The position numbers and the translations under genes are program-made. Shown in pieces: positions 41,037 through 55,365 of a stretch of DNA of 64,000 bases. The notes below the pieces were generated by a model. That model did no database searches. It worked only from the letters and a program-made list of their open reading frames with translations, and had not been told where the DNA came from. Every line of letters starts with the position of its first letter. Position 1 is the first letter of the stretch. Origin of the DNA: Bigelowiella natans CCMP2755 (Eukaryota > Protista > Cercozoa); NCBI GenBank assembly GCA_000320545.1, contig ADNK01003372.1, positions 38,887 through 102,886 of the forward strand, in the 5' to 3' direction.

Positions 41037-43515
41037 GGAGATTTAGTGGGAGAGCTTGACACAAAGCATGACGTGACTGGTGTGTGGACGGGGGGTTCAG
41101 ATAGTAAGTTTTCATCGGAGACCAAGGTTGGTAGTACTAGCACATATGATTAACCTAAAGATGACCGTAATAAAAAAGTACATATGCATGCTGTAATGAA
41201 GATGTGCTCACTGAGCAGCTAACAAACAACGTTCGATGTTTTGCTGATAATTGTGTGTATTATTATGATGAGATATGATGATGATTGTTACTATTATGCA
41301 GGAAAAGCGCGTCCTTTGGAGAAGGTGTTCACGAAGATGAAGATGATTAATCTTACGTTAGTAACCTTATTGTAATCATATGATACTCATCGTTGCCAGT
41401 GCTGTGTAAGTAGTAGCACGGTGGTGCTCGATAATTTTATGGGGGGGGGTACTACTACCTTATTCTTGTCCTCTCTTCTTTTTCTTCGTGATCATCATCA
41501 AATCAAGGTCGCATCCTCTCTATGTTCCTACCACAATACAAATCTTGGAACTACTTGCCAATGCGGAGATATACTACAAGTAACTATTAATTGAATCCTA
41601 TGATCCCTGAATACATTACAAACGTGGGGATGAAATAGACTACTTACTTACTTACTTCTTATTAACGATTCGTTGCGTTCATTCGCACCTCCTCCATCCA
41701 TCCATCTACAGCTACACCTACAACTACGGCTACTACTCTGATCTGTAGAGTTAACTTAGTTGTTCTTTTCCCCTCAACCTCCCCTCCTCCCTCCTCCCTC
41801 CTCCTCCTCCTCCTCATTTGTGTTGGTTGTAGGCTACGAGACCAAAGTGGTGTTGCATATTCATCCGAATTTGAATATACATTAAATCGAAGGTGATCTT
41901 GCTTCTTCTTCTTCTTCTTATTCTTACTTAAACCATGCAGTGCCTTGTAGCTTAGAGCCATCATCATAATAGCATAGCACATCATGCTGCTACCTAGTAG
42001 AAAGATGCAGTTGTCTGAAGATATTTACCCAAATCAGAATAGCTTTGAGTAGCTTTTGTCACGATAATAATAATAATCATCATCATCATCATCTCATCAT
42101 CATCATCATCTTGATCTTGTTTGTCGTCGTTCTCTTTTCCAAGGCATTCTGGTGGGATGTGGACCTTAGAAGTTTCAACACAAACACCTCTTTACAGAAA
42201 GGTACTATCACACAATGGCGGCTGCTACAGGAATCCTCATCATATATAGCCTCCTTCTATAACAACAACAATAACAACAACAACAACTAGAGTGAACAGG
42301 ATTCTAACCAGTAGATAGAATCATTACACCGACTAGCAACCAATGGCTATTTTGTCACTTATATATTACTGTCATCCTACTCAATTTGAAGGCACTGGAT
42401 ATGAGCATTAAAGCGATATCAACGATAAGATTCAACGATGTTGATCTTCTCTCGGCAAAAGTATGTATATGCTGCAAAATAAACATTATCAAACTATCAA
42501 TTTATCGAAGTCGTTGGTTGATCGTCGTTATGAAGAAAGAAGATGTGCGTCATAGATTTCCAGCAATGAGACAGTGTTGGTTGGAACACCACGTTTGATG
42601 TTATGAATGCTGATTTATAACTAAAATGCAGGCCTATTTGCTGGACAATTACTCCGCACAACAGGATGACCTTGCGTTTTGGGTGGAAATGATGCGCGGT
42701 GCTATCCATCAACTACTTTAAGATGATGATAATGCTGATGATAATGATATTGATGATGAGATATTCCATAAAATAATACCCTATCAAATATAAACAAAAA
42801 GTCGGTTGGAGGGGAGGAAAGGATAGCAAAGCATGAAGAAGAAAGATACGATCATGATGTCATCAACTGAAAAGATTTTATTCCTTTTGTCCAGTACCAC
42901 TACCAATACGATAGCAGGTATTGATGTTCTAATTCTTGTTATCATCTATCTATTATTCTATACAGGTTTGCAGGATGATACAGTCGCTCGAGATATACGT
43001 TGCATAAATGAATATGAGAAGGTATAGGTGCGCATGCATGGATTTCTAATTTTTAACATACACTCCTCAAAGAAACATACACTCCTCCTAGTTCATCTTC
43101 ACCTAACCACAATCCCCACTTCTCCCCCCTTCCCCCCCCCCTCACCCACATCTAGCTTGTGAAAAGTATTACTCTGTCCGATCTATATGACGTGTGGGGT
43201 AGTTTCAATACATCACCTTCACAGGTAATAATGGGTTGATCATTAGCGTAGTGCGATGCAATACTTGTTCAGCAAATCGCTCTTGGAATTGCTTCATTTA
43301 TTATGGGGGAAATGATTATGTGAATCCGTTGGAGAGCGTGTGTGTGTCTACATGTGTGTGTGGGGGGGAGGGGGGGGGGGGGGAGACAGAGAGAGTGTGA
43401 GAGAACCAATCATCAAATTGAAACATCTACTTTAATGTTTATTAATGCTCTTGTGGTCATCCTTCTACAGATACTGGCGTCAGTTGCACTTAGCGGTGAA
43501 ACCCCTCCAGAGTAA
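32778..43515 (+). CDS. SPP: Stromal processing peptidase (M16 metallopeptidase), plastid-targeted, multi-exon
   Basis: LLRGHLPNGMQY..EIHLQLHVGSIEEGDGENGLAHVLEHVTFVGSKHR..ANALTDFHHTVY contains the inverted HxxEH zinc motif and the SPP-type TDFHHTV. N-terminus has a hydrophobic signal plus R/S/T-rich transit-like stretch. C-terminal exons include GLQDDTVARDIRCINEYEK. TAA at 43513-43515. Confidence 0.85.
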
Positions 43516-43899
43516 GGAATGCAGCACTTGAGATAGTGATGCCAGAGAGTATCATAGTAGTAGTAGTAGAAGCCGTAGCAGTAGCAGTAGTGACAATGCA
43601 ATTCAAAAGTGTGTGCTTTCGTTCGTCAATTATGTCCGCACGTATGTAGCTGCTACTCTGAGACGCCATTCAGATTGTGGACATCATAATTTGTTTCGCA
43701 CAATAAAGCGAGCACAAGGTTAAAAAAATGGTAGATTCAGTTCAATATACGCTTCTAATTGTTGTCCTCAACAGAGATATTCTACTGCTGTGTGTACGAT
43801 GTCCATAGTTTACCAGATCTCGCGTAATAAATAAGCCTACGCCCATGCGCTCGCATCATATGTTCGGTCAAGATGAGATGATGAGCCTAAGCAGTATAA

Positions 43900-44260
43900 A
43901 AGAAAGATATGCATTCTAGCATTCTAGCATTACTAGATTATCCACTGCACCAAACAGCCCTGCAGCAGCCTGCGTACATCATTGCACAGCAAAGAAAAAG
44001 ACTATACCAGCAGCGCTCTGTGAAGTCACTACTCTCGTCGACAAGCAATGACGACACGCTAGCACGAATGCAACAGAAAACTGACCAAAAAGCGCATACA
44101 AATACGTTTGCTCTCGCGCGCGGCAAGCGTGTGTGTAGTGTTTGTAAGATAATACCACATTCGAAAACATGAATGATATGACTAAATGATGCACATGATT
44201 AATCGTCGAGCGAGACAGATCAAACACAATCACAGCGCTGTAGCCGCCGTTTTGCAAAGC
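43900..44260. other. Weakly TpA-depleted, CTAG-containing patch between the convergent SPP and AMACR 3' ends
   Basis: TTCTAGCA x2 at 43914-43929. CA/TG-rich, but many TA remain. Confidence 0.35.
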
Positions 44261-44407
44261 TACATTAGGATGACCATTGAAAAGATGTAATTATTTCATA
44301 ACTTTCGTCTCATATACTGTGTATACTTCGGAATGAATGAGGAAACCCTAAGAAGGTGTGCGCTTAATCGCTTACATTCGATGATTCATATACTTGCTGA
44401 TCGAATA

Positions 44408-46550
44408 TCATAACTTCGATTTAATTTTGGAAGAATTGCAGGGGGCTGAGATCACTACATCCTTAATCATGCAATCAATTTCACTCCTTGAGAATCCAAG
44501 CTCTGAGAGGATCTGCCTGGAATGCTCTCCAACCTCACGAATGATGCTGCTTTTGCATTCTTTCAGTGCTGGTGTGCGATCTAATCTAGGCGCTGGAGAT
44601 GGTTCATAGACACGACGATACGTGCCTCGAGCTTTTGTGTGCGGATGTTTCATCACATCCATTGGTGACAACACCGGGGTCACGCATGCGTCCGTCTCGT
44701 CAAATATCTGTTGATAATTACAACAAGTTATTCTATTTTATCTCTGTTGCGCTAGGATGTTTGGAGAAAGTGCCAGCAGCAAACCTCTTGCCATTCAGCC
44801 TGGCTTCTTTGTTTAAATATGAGCTCCAATCTTTGCCGCATTTGTGACCAGCTACTGTTGTCGTACTGGCGAGACATAAGCTCGGGACTAAACATGTTGA
44901 GTTTCTGCCATAAACGATATAATGATGAAGATGATGATGTCTATTATTTGATTAACAAGTTTTTATCGGAAAACTATCTCATCTACTTTAAGGAAAATTC
45001 TGTAGAATTTTGGCTCCAAAGCACCGACCGCCATGAACTTTCCGTCCTTAGTCTCGTATCTACCGAATAAATGAAAAAATACTTTGTGCCGACAGTTTTT
45101 TATAGGGAATTAACACCTCTTCTAATTTATTACGTGTTGTAGAAAGGGGCTCCTCCATCGAGCCAGTTGGTACCCCTTGGCCCCATTTTCCACACATTTT
45201 GCCTCAAAGTCACAAATGATGCTAAATACGCAACTCCATCTACCATGCTGGAGTCGATGACCTTTTCATAAATCATGATTATTTACAAATGAAATAAAAC
45301 GACAAGATCAGTGTATGATTTATGTCATCAAAAAATTAAAATAGCCTGCTACTCAGCTACTCAGCTACTCAGCAGACGCAGCATCAGCAACTATAACAAC
45401 AACAATAAATTCTACTACTACTATTACTATTAACATTACTTGTCCTTTCCCTGATCTTGATCTCTCCAGTAATGCTAACAGGATTCCCAATGCACAGGTC
45501 AAACTGTAAAGTACATTATTCACATCACCAAAACTGCTTTATTTAACCAGTCGAGGTGAAAGAAAAACTTAAATGACTACTCTTATGTTTGAATGATTTT
45601 ACCTTCCCCCAGCAAAATCGGCTAGAAGATTGAGCGGAAACGTCGGTGGGGACCTTGCAATACAGATATCGTAATTGGCGGTATGTATGCATCTGTGGTG
45701 CTGGTTGATACCCTTTGGGCCCCATCAAAGAGAGGATGCCTGACATAGCAAGGTAGTTTATGTCGTGGCCAGCCATTCTCTTGTACTTTCCATTCTGACC
45801 ATACCCTGTTAGCCTGACAATTAATGATGAAGGCTTTCTTAAGTAGTGCTTATTAAATTGCTGGCATCATGTCTCGTTCCAGGATAATAATGAATCCTTA
45901 CCTTGCTATGATAAGACGCGGATTCATCTTTTGTAGGGTATTACAACTGAGCTCAAGCTTCTACGATGGTAAGCAAATAGATTATGACAACTCCAACTCT
46001 CTCAAGTATGGTGATCCTGACTGAAAGAGGGGTACTACGCGAAAGAAGAACAGGAAGGACTATACCTCAAGCGTTCCCGGGCGATATGGGTCGATCAAGA
46101 CATCCGCCATACTAACAAGCTTCCGAAAAATGTTTCTCCCTTTTCGCGATTCTGGACAGGAATGTTGATATTTAGGTGCTAATTGGCGATGATCTGTATT
46201 TGCTCAAATGCCCCTCACTTAGATTTACAGCAAGGCTTCGCTTTGATCGGGATAACGGATCCGGCACTCCGTCAGTGATGTTATCTCCACGGACTCCTCT
46301 AACCTATTAGAAAACTTCAGTACATTTAACACGAATAAGTCACAATATTCGAACAGAAACCGTGTCGACTCTAATCACGTCAGCTCCAAAATCCGCAAGA
46401 ATGAGCCCACAATGAGGGGCTGGAGCAAGCCCTGCAAGTTCAACAACTCGAATTCCCTAAATGCGTCGATATCTTTCAGCGTTCGAGAGGTGCAGTTAAG
46501 GTCATGATTATCATCACCTCAAGCGGAAGATGATGTGTAGAGGTCTTCAT
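44408..46550 (-). CDS. AMACR: Alpha-methylacyl-CoA racemase / CaiB-BaiF CoA-transferase III with C-terminal PTS1 (SKL)
   Basis: [98 protein letters not shown]. Confidence 0.92.
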
Positions 46551-46886
46551 TTCTGTTGCCCGGAAGTGCTCCTATCAACGATTGCTCAGCCGCCTTTTTA
46601 AGTTAATAAAATACTTGCCGATAAATTACAAACTAAAAAACAGAGAGTATATTATAACAGAAACCCTTTGTATTTCCCTTGTAATGAAGGGATTTTTGTA
46701 ATTAACCGGGACTACCGGCTGCCACTGCTGTTTTAACTGCTTAACTCCTTTCCCTCCCTCCTTACTGTCTGTACTAACAAAAAGAAGCAAATAGTAGATC
46801 TACAAAGAAGCGTACTGCGGGGTGGGGAATACGTTAGCCAGCAAAGGTTAGGTTGAGGTTCATACTCGCTTGACCGGCTCTCAAAC

Positions 46887-48294
46887 ATGCCTGCTGTCCA
46901 TTCCGTGTTCTGGTTCTCTGTGGGGACGGGAGCATTATCATGGGTACTGATCTTGCATACGTGTAGAGTAGAAAGATTGTGTTTCTTTAAAACACAGTTT
47001 AGGACTTTGCCGATTTGCAAACTTATTGCAACATATTTATATTATAAAGACATCGTCTCGAACATATCAAATGTAGGTTTGCTTCAAGATGTATGAGTAT
47101 GAAGCCGGCACTCTCTCATCTACGCCGTACATTCCAATTGAGGATCTCCCCTCTCAGCTTGAGTCAAACGGCGAACCAACGTAAATTACGACTAACTAAT
47201 CCATCAAAGTGGCTTTGAATATAGTTGAATATTGTCACGTATTCACTCGTACATCATTGTATGTACTCCTTTTTCAACAGAAAATTTACCATCGAAGGTG
47301 TCGTTGCATGCGACGAACCACTAGAGACAAAACACAGACCCGGGACCCCAGTTCGTCTTGTAATGTATAGCTTAACCAAGATTGCTCATTTTGCTACCAC
47401 ATCGGTAGGATATGAAGAAGAAAAAGAAGAGAAAGAAGAGAAGGAAACAAGAAAATAAGCATGTTCATTTCCATATAGCTCACAGTGTGGCGTATTTTAG
47501 ATATTCGGGGGGTGGACTGAAGATGAGAAGCACAGCACATCTCACGACTCCGTTCCATTCTATGTAATTCCTGATCTCTCGACGCAAGATGGAAAGGCAT
47601 CAGCAGCCGCAACAACTTCGTCCTCAAGGGGGATACTCATTCCTTCTGTAGAGATAAACGATGGAAATGGGTCTTCTGAACTGCTCTCAGTTGTAGGAGA
47701 TGTGACAGTGGAAAATAAATTTACTTTTCAGGTATTAAATCTACCGGATCTGTAAGTCAGTCTCCTCCTACTGAATAGATCATCGCACAGCATTCAAGAA
47801 AGAAGCTCAATTGATTTTTGCTGCTTTGATCATTCCTGATATGTTACCATTAAGACTTTTCTGGAACGGACAAGGAGCTCTGGGAGGATTCATCGCTCCT
47901 CACAGTAACTTCATTTTATAATAACGAATCCCATAAGACGACGAAAACGTATGCGAGTATTGTTGCGACACTGCCGCATCTCGCCCCCTCCTTCCATAAA
48001 GCGGCAAGCAACTCACCTTCCTCCCCCATTTCATTCTGTGTGGTATTCTGATTCTAGATATGTTGAGTCTGGGCTGGAGGTTGGGACTCCTATTACGATG
48101 GTAGGCCCCGTAAGCATGAATAAGGAGGGTCATTTGAAGATGGTAGCACAACCACTTGTCATTTCGCGAAGATCAAGGTTGTGTTGAAAGCTTGGGATAA
48201 CATGTCGAATAGCGTCATTTGTAACTCTGGCCTCGACAAATGTAGTTGTTGTTGAAGATTTTTGAATATATAGCACGTGCGTGTATGCGTGTAT

Positions 48295-48333
<39 letters not shown>

Positions 48334-48725
48334 ACCATCACCTTAGTTTCTCTCAGGTATGAGCTTATAACAGAGGCCGAGGAAAGGGCTACCTTCTGGC
48401 AGTATGCGTTCTATTTTTGCGCCGGTTGAATAATCAGAAGACGATAACATCATAAACTACAACAATTGTTGCTTGTACTGCAACTTCCGCATATTGCTTA
48501 TGCTGACCATTACACACAGCTAACACAACATGAGCTCATATTAACGAATATTTATGGGGTGGGATCCAATACAGTAGAGTCGGAGGTGCATTTAAATGAT
48601 TCTAACCTGCCATGCTTATGAATGTAATGTCGTGCCTACTTTTGCCATCATTCAGCCACTGCAACCTCTTGCATCCTTTACATGGGATATAGATATATGC
48701 AAGAGTACCTACAACGAAGGTGAGA

Positions 48726-48781
<56 letters not shown>

Positions 48782-49536
48782 GAGAGAGAGAGAGAGAGTC
48801 ATTTTAGCCATACTTTACCGATTTTTCCGTTAAGCGCTTTGAATCACTATCGAATCATTTTACCTGTAGCAGTAGTCCATTGCACAAAACATTGAGATCC
48901 AGATTTAATTAACTTAGATTGGCACGTCGCCGACTTGCAATGTTACGAGAGAGGAAATACCGGGCAGGTATGCATTTCTATAGATGCCTTAAAAACAACG
49001 TATAAAGAGAGAGTGATAATATGCCAGCAGCCTACTAGTACGTGGGTTCGTGGTGGTATCGAACCATAAGGGCCTAATGGAAGCTCATGAACATTGTTGT
49101 TCTACTTACTACCTCATCATCTACCAGATGAGAACGGACAGCCCCTCGAAAACGAGGACCTGCTTATAAAGCACCACAGCGGTGGTGGTGGTGGTGGCGG
49201 TAGTAGCAGTGGCACCTCTAAAGGAGAAAGAAAAGGAGATGGCAGTGATGCAAAAGGGATGATGACTTCAACCGATGAAGAGGTCATTGCTTCCATCTAA
49301 AACGACGATTTTAATAAAAAACTAACTCAACATGTTGAAAAATATTTGTTTTGTCTCATCTTTTTCAGGGCGATCGACGTCAACTGTGTGTCGTGTGCCA
49401 AGAAAATACAGCAGACGCGGTGCTGCTAAGTTGTAGACATTTATACACATGCGTCAGTTGCACGAGGCGATTGCACCCTAGGAATTGTCCTATATGTCGC
49501 CAACCGATCAAACGTGTAATAAAAGTTTACAATTAG
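46887..49536 (+). CDS. MUL1/SP1-like membrane E3 ubiquitin ligase (N-terminal TM, GIDE-like region, C-terminal C3HC4 RING)
   Basis: RING: CVVCQENTADAVLLSCRHLYTCVSCTRRLHPRNCPICRQPIKRVIKVY. GIDE-like segments IEGVVACDEPL and ESGLEVGTPITMVG. Hydrophobic N-terminus. Confidence 0.7.
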
Positions 49537-49609
49537 CATTGCCTTGTATAATTACTCACGCACGGTGCCGCGGGTATCAATTCACCAACCAAAAACTGAA
49601 TCCATACTC

Positions 49610-49960
49610 CCCCCATGCCTCACCAATTTCATTTGCAATTGCACGTGTCATTTTCATTTTCACATGAGTCTCACAATGTCGATCGATGTGCATGGCAATT
49701 TGGCAGAAATGAAGAGACACAATGTGGCATGCAGTGCAACAGCCGCAGCTTTGCACAGCTACAGTCAAGATGACTAGATGACTGCTGAAGACAAATGACC
49801 ACATTTGAAAAAACAAAATCATTGTTTCATTGCATGTGTCTGACTGCTAGCTTGCTAGCTTGTAGCAATGATTTGTCACAAGCTTCATGCGGACAGTCCT
49901 AGAGTCCTAGAGTCTGGCTGTGCACACAGTGCAGACACTCACGCATTGCGCTCCCTAGAG
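49610..49960. mobile_element. TpA-erased island 5
   Basis: Nearly all remaining TA are in CTAG (6 CTAG, one GTAG). Two 8-bp CTAG-centred tandem duplications. Confidence 0.6.
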
Positions 49961-50280
49961 TACCCAGCAAAACGCACTCCCTATTACATCTAAACATACA
50001 TGCATGGCATTTGTTATGCTTGCAGCGCGTGTCATGAGCGGCCATACCATTGTATGTGTACGCTCAGAATTTGATGGTGAACAGAAAAGGGTATAACTTC
50101 GTCCCTGCATGCAAGTATCCAATGCATAACAAAATGTGGAGCAAACCATACTTTATAATGAGATATGTAAAAATGTCTAGTGTCACAAAACTGCCTGCTG
50201 GCAGCGAGATGCGAATGCACAATATATATATTTTCTAGGTATTACGCACACTGTCGTCAGCACATTTGACTCCAGATGAA

Positions 50281-51600
50281 TTAGTAGGCATAGTTCTTCA
50301 CGTAAAGGCTCTTAGAAGCTTCTCCTTCAGTTGCAGCGTATCCTGAATACTTACCAAGGTTAGCATCACCGTTGGCTCGGGCACGGAGCAGTAGCATCTT
50401 CTGAGCGGCTTCTACGTTCTCTTTCTTTCCCTGCCAAACCGCTAGCACGCTCTTCTGGAGAGCACGGCCATATGAGAAAGTCAGAGACCATGGGCGGTAT
50501 CCCAACCCAGGCTGGTTAAGAGCATTAAGCATGACAGTAGCGTCTTCTTCTCCTTGTCCTCCAGAAAGGAAGGTGATCCCAGGTACCGCAACAGGGACCG
50601 AGCGCTGGAGGGCAGTAACGGTGGCAGCAGCATTGTCTGCTGGGGTGTACTTCTTCTTGCAATCCGCCCCTGGAAGGACCATGTTTGGCTTAAGAAGCGT
50701 CCCTTCCAGGAGTACCCCTTGAAGACGCAGGCACTCGTAGCACCGTGCAATCACCCTCTCAGTCCACATCTGAGCAGTAGCGAGATCATGGTCGCCATCC
50801 ATTAGGATTTCAGGTTCAACAATGGGGACGAGGCCATTTGCCTGGCAGATGGCTGCATAACGAGCAAGGCTGTGAGCAGTCTCGACAATAGCGTTCTGGG
50901 AGGGTCCCTTGTTTGGAAGAATCTTCACCACAGCGCGCCATTTTGCGAAACGGGCCCCAAACTCGTAGTACTTCTTGCAACGCTTGTCAAGGTCGGTGAG
51001 ACCCTGGGTGTACAGCTCATTATCAGTCCCTGGGAGCCAACGAGTTCCCTTGTCAACCTTGATGCCTTTTGGAGGGGAAGGGGGAGGGGGAGGGATGGAT
51101 ATCAACGAACACACATTAAACAATATCATGGATACATCATATTTGGGCAAATTAGTCGCTCAAAAGGAATTCCTAGTACCAAGAACAACATCTTTCTTCT
51201 TGAATCCGTCAACGAGAAGAGAACCATCCGGCATCTTCTCAAAGAGGGACTCTTCGAAAAGAATAACGCCGGAGATATTTTTTCCTAATCCAGGGGTGCT
51301 GGCAAGGAGGTAGCGATACGCGCGACGGTTCTCTCGAGTGTTCGGGACATTAATTGCCTTGAAACGCTTTCCAATCGTTCCGATTGATTCATCAGCCGCA
51401 AGGATTCCTGATTTTACGCGTGCGAAGAGAGAGGAATCACAAACCATTCTTCCTCGGAACTTTGAGAACAACTAACCTTTTCCTGGAGTCGCGATCTTGT
51501 TAGCTGTGGCGATAAGCTCCTCAGCAAACTTGTTTGGCTTGGTGAAAACGTGGGAACAGATAGCCCTCAGGCGCTTCTCTGCTGTTTTGTAGTCTCCCAT
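50281..51600 (-). CDS. FBA: Fructose-bisphosphate aldolase class I; 3 exons (51477-51600, 51180-51407, 50281-51065)
   Basis: [62 protein letters not shown]-terminal Tyr. Confidence 0.97.
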
Positions 51601-52696
51601 GATCGTGAATCGAATGAAGGAATGAAGATGAAGGTTGGCGGGTTGAGAAACGAGGGGGTAAGTGCGAGGCAAAATTCCGATTTTGTCGGCAAGGCATTTC
51701 TTTAAAAAAATGTCCTAAGTTTAAGGAAGGCGTCAACAATAACTTGATGATTTATGTCATAGGGCCTTCTTTTCTCCTATTCACCACAACTTCATTTAGT
51801 CATGAGAGATGTGAAATAAAATAATATCTTGAATCATCATCATCCATCATCAACACAACGTCGTACGGAGATACTCCCAGCACTTTGACGCAGACACACT
51901 ACGACCAGCATGTTCGCATGATTTACTCGTTATTTTCGCGATCTTCGGGGAATAAACGATTTTAAAAAGTGACATAATCTTCAACTAGATCTTAATAATA
52001 ACTCACAATGCTCCTTGAAAAACTAAAATTCGAAACCGTTTTCACATTTTTGTGTCTTAGACGTACTATTTTTGTTATTTTTCTGTAGAATGTTGACGCA
52101 TAGTAAAAATGACCTTCTTTTTCTCGAAACGGTCTCTCCAGCAGTTTAACAACAACCCCTCTCCATTGCCCCTTCTGACGGGAGTGATATCATATCGAGA
52201 TAATAATAATGAAACAAGAACAACTTGGTGCCCTCCGCTCTCCTTTCCTGCACATCATTGCCTTTCAATTTATGTCCTCTCATGCTTTAAGAATGCTGCA
52301 TGTCCGATAACTTTGATTGGTAAAATATTACTATGAAACAATGTTATACAACTTGTCCTCCTTTCAGATTTTCCCCTTACATTTACATGTTTGTATCATC
52401 GCTACTGCGGACAATCAGATTCGCTTGAAGTGCAGCCTCAAAATGTTTCACGCCCACGCACTAGGAGTGGTCAAGAGCTCATCACGGGTTGTAGACGTAC
52501 ACAAAATAACATTTGTATATTCTTTTATTTCCCCCAAATGAATACTCGGCTGCGTCGTCTTCGCCGCAGTAATTAACATATGCTTGAGCAGTAAGGCTTG
52601 ATCCCAAAATCTTAGGATATTTTACTTATTTTCCCGTTTGTTCGCACTTGTTTCAGCTGTGACCGTGACTACAATGCATGCATTTGCCCATTACTT

Positions 52697-52838
52697 ATGA
52701 CAGAACAAAAAGCAGGAGGAGGAAGCATTGATGGGGCTATACAACTATTTGCAAAATCAGAACATGATTATCTAAAGGTAGTAGCAGATCCTATAAGGGA
52801 CGCAATTGTGTCGTTAGTGAAATCATATGTGTATATAC

Positions 52839-52874
<36 letters not shown>

Positions 52875-54027
52875 ATGTATACATTGGAAAACATATGTTG
52901 AGCCGCAAAATTGCTCTTATGTCTTCGATTCCATTTACGCGTATCCTCAATAATATTTGTGATGAATTTCAGAAGGAATTGGCGAAATGGGCCTCTGATA
53001 TGATAAACGAGGAGGTACGCAGTAACATACATGCAGCATTTCTAAAAATTACTACTCTACTACAATATCACATTGCATAATTCATTCACACACATTTATG
53101 TAAAAATAATAAGTAACTTATTAAACATGCGTGGATACGTTTATATGAATATGCACTCATAATCAGCAATCCTTCAGATAATATTGAATGTACGTGCACC
53201 AACTATGGTTCTTCTTGTTTGTGTATGCCACTATGCTGCGACTACTATAGATATCATTGCCGTTCTCATCGTCATTGGCATCCGGAGTTAAATTATGCAA
53301 ACTTGTGGAAAAGGTGATAGTCATCATCATCGTCATCATTGTTGCTAGAAAACATATTTTCTTACCGTGCTAACCATTGCTATGGTGATGACTGTGTTTT
53401 GCTTGCAACTAACAACACACGATTTTACTTTTCCTTCTTCGCTGCTGCTCCTCCTCCTCTCCTCCTCTTACTGCTACTAATACTTCTTCTTTTTCTTCTT
53501 CTTTTCTTCTTGTTCTGCTACTCATTGGCATTGCAATCATCCATATGTGAATTCACCTTCCCATATAATGATGGTGGCAGGTAAGTCGAGTACATGTGGC
53601 GGGGGTCCATCCAGAAAAGAAATGTACTGTTGTCAATGGGAGTCAGGTAATAGCAGCAGCAGCAGCATTAATTAATGCGCCATCACAATCCAAACCATAT
53701 TTATTTCAGAATGATGATGCTATATCCAATGTGTAAAAAAAAAGCCTATCTCTTTAAATTTTTACTCAGGCTGAAATCTCAAGAGCTCAAATTTTTAAGA
53801 CTGAAAATCTGAATGTACGTGTTTCTGTCAATTTTATTCGTGCTTGCCTCTGTGCCTCTGTTCATTTGTAAGTATGTGTACACCGATGAAATGCGAGATT
53901 CTCTTATTTTTCATATTAAATCTTTCTTCCTTCCCTCACCGTTCCATCTTCTATTGCACGTGTTGACTTTCAAAGCTATTTCTGGAAGCTTGCAAAGCGA
54001 TTAATATTCCTGCCCAGGTGATAGTTA

Positions 54028-54101
<74 letters not shown>

Positions 54102-55322
54102 GAATGGAGAGGGAGAGGGAGAGGGAGAGGGGCCAGGAGGCTTTTGGGGGGGAAGAAATGGTAGCGTCGTACGTTTCCTAGACAAATCATTATCATCATC
54201 TCATTGATCAATATATAGCTGCTTTCTGCATCATCTCATTGATCAATATATAGCTGCTTCCTGCTAATATCTTCTGCATATATCTTATCGTATGTCTTAA
54301 TTGTGAATTTGCAGGATCTTTTTACACCTGAAGACCTCTCTAAGGGGGAAGATCGGCCTGGTAGTGCTCAATGTCTCACACATCATCATCATCATCATCA
54401 TCGACTTATTTCTTGTGTGCTCAATCAAGTCCTTTGCTCTCATTTCAATCGTAATAATGAGGAGGAGGAGGTGGAGGATGCTCCTCCCTCCTAAGAACAA
54501 AAAATCAATGAAACAAAGAATATTCAATGACATTTTTTGAAAGTGGCCAGTATTAATGTCTTGGCACATATTCTTTAATGCTGCTGTATACATTTTACTG
54601 CTACCTGATCTTCTCACATATTCATCATCATCATCATCCATAGTCCTTCATTGCTTACTGGCCATCCTGCGCAAAGCGGATATGAATGGGATCCTTATTT
54701 CTGTAATAAGAAGAATGAATCAATGAATAAATGTGCTATTATTATAACTACTGCTACTACTTTAATAATTTTCACTACAACAACAACGACTACACCTGTA
54801 CTGCTGCTGCTGCTGCTGCTGCTCCTCCTCCTACGATGATGAATATCATAGAAGAAGAAGAAGAAGAAGGAAAACAAACTTTGGATGAGCAGGAATAAAT
54901 GAGAAGAATAGTAGGGAAAAGTAGGAAAAGTACTAAAATATCTGCGTATAGAGTAAATACATAACCCCCCACCATCTTCTTTGTAGAACAAGTTAAGGAA
55001 TCTTGCTAACCTGGGGGGAGCAACCACCAGTGAAACCAAGCCCCTCATCCGAGCGCATCCTACTGCTAAAAGTGAGAACAAGCGTACATGCTGCATGGTT
55101 CGTTCACTGGGGGCGGTAGATAAACAGACGAATGCTACTACATACATACATACATACATTCATACATACATACATACGTGATGATATTGGTGAGGATGAT
55201 GGTGAGGAGGAAAAGAAGAAAAGAAGGGTTGTCAGAACGTAATAAGAACAATCACTTAATCTCTAGTGCAGGCACACATGAAACAACACTCCTTATACTT
55301 ACTAATCCCGTCTTTTCCATTT

Positions 55323-55365
<43 letters not shown>

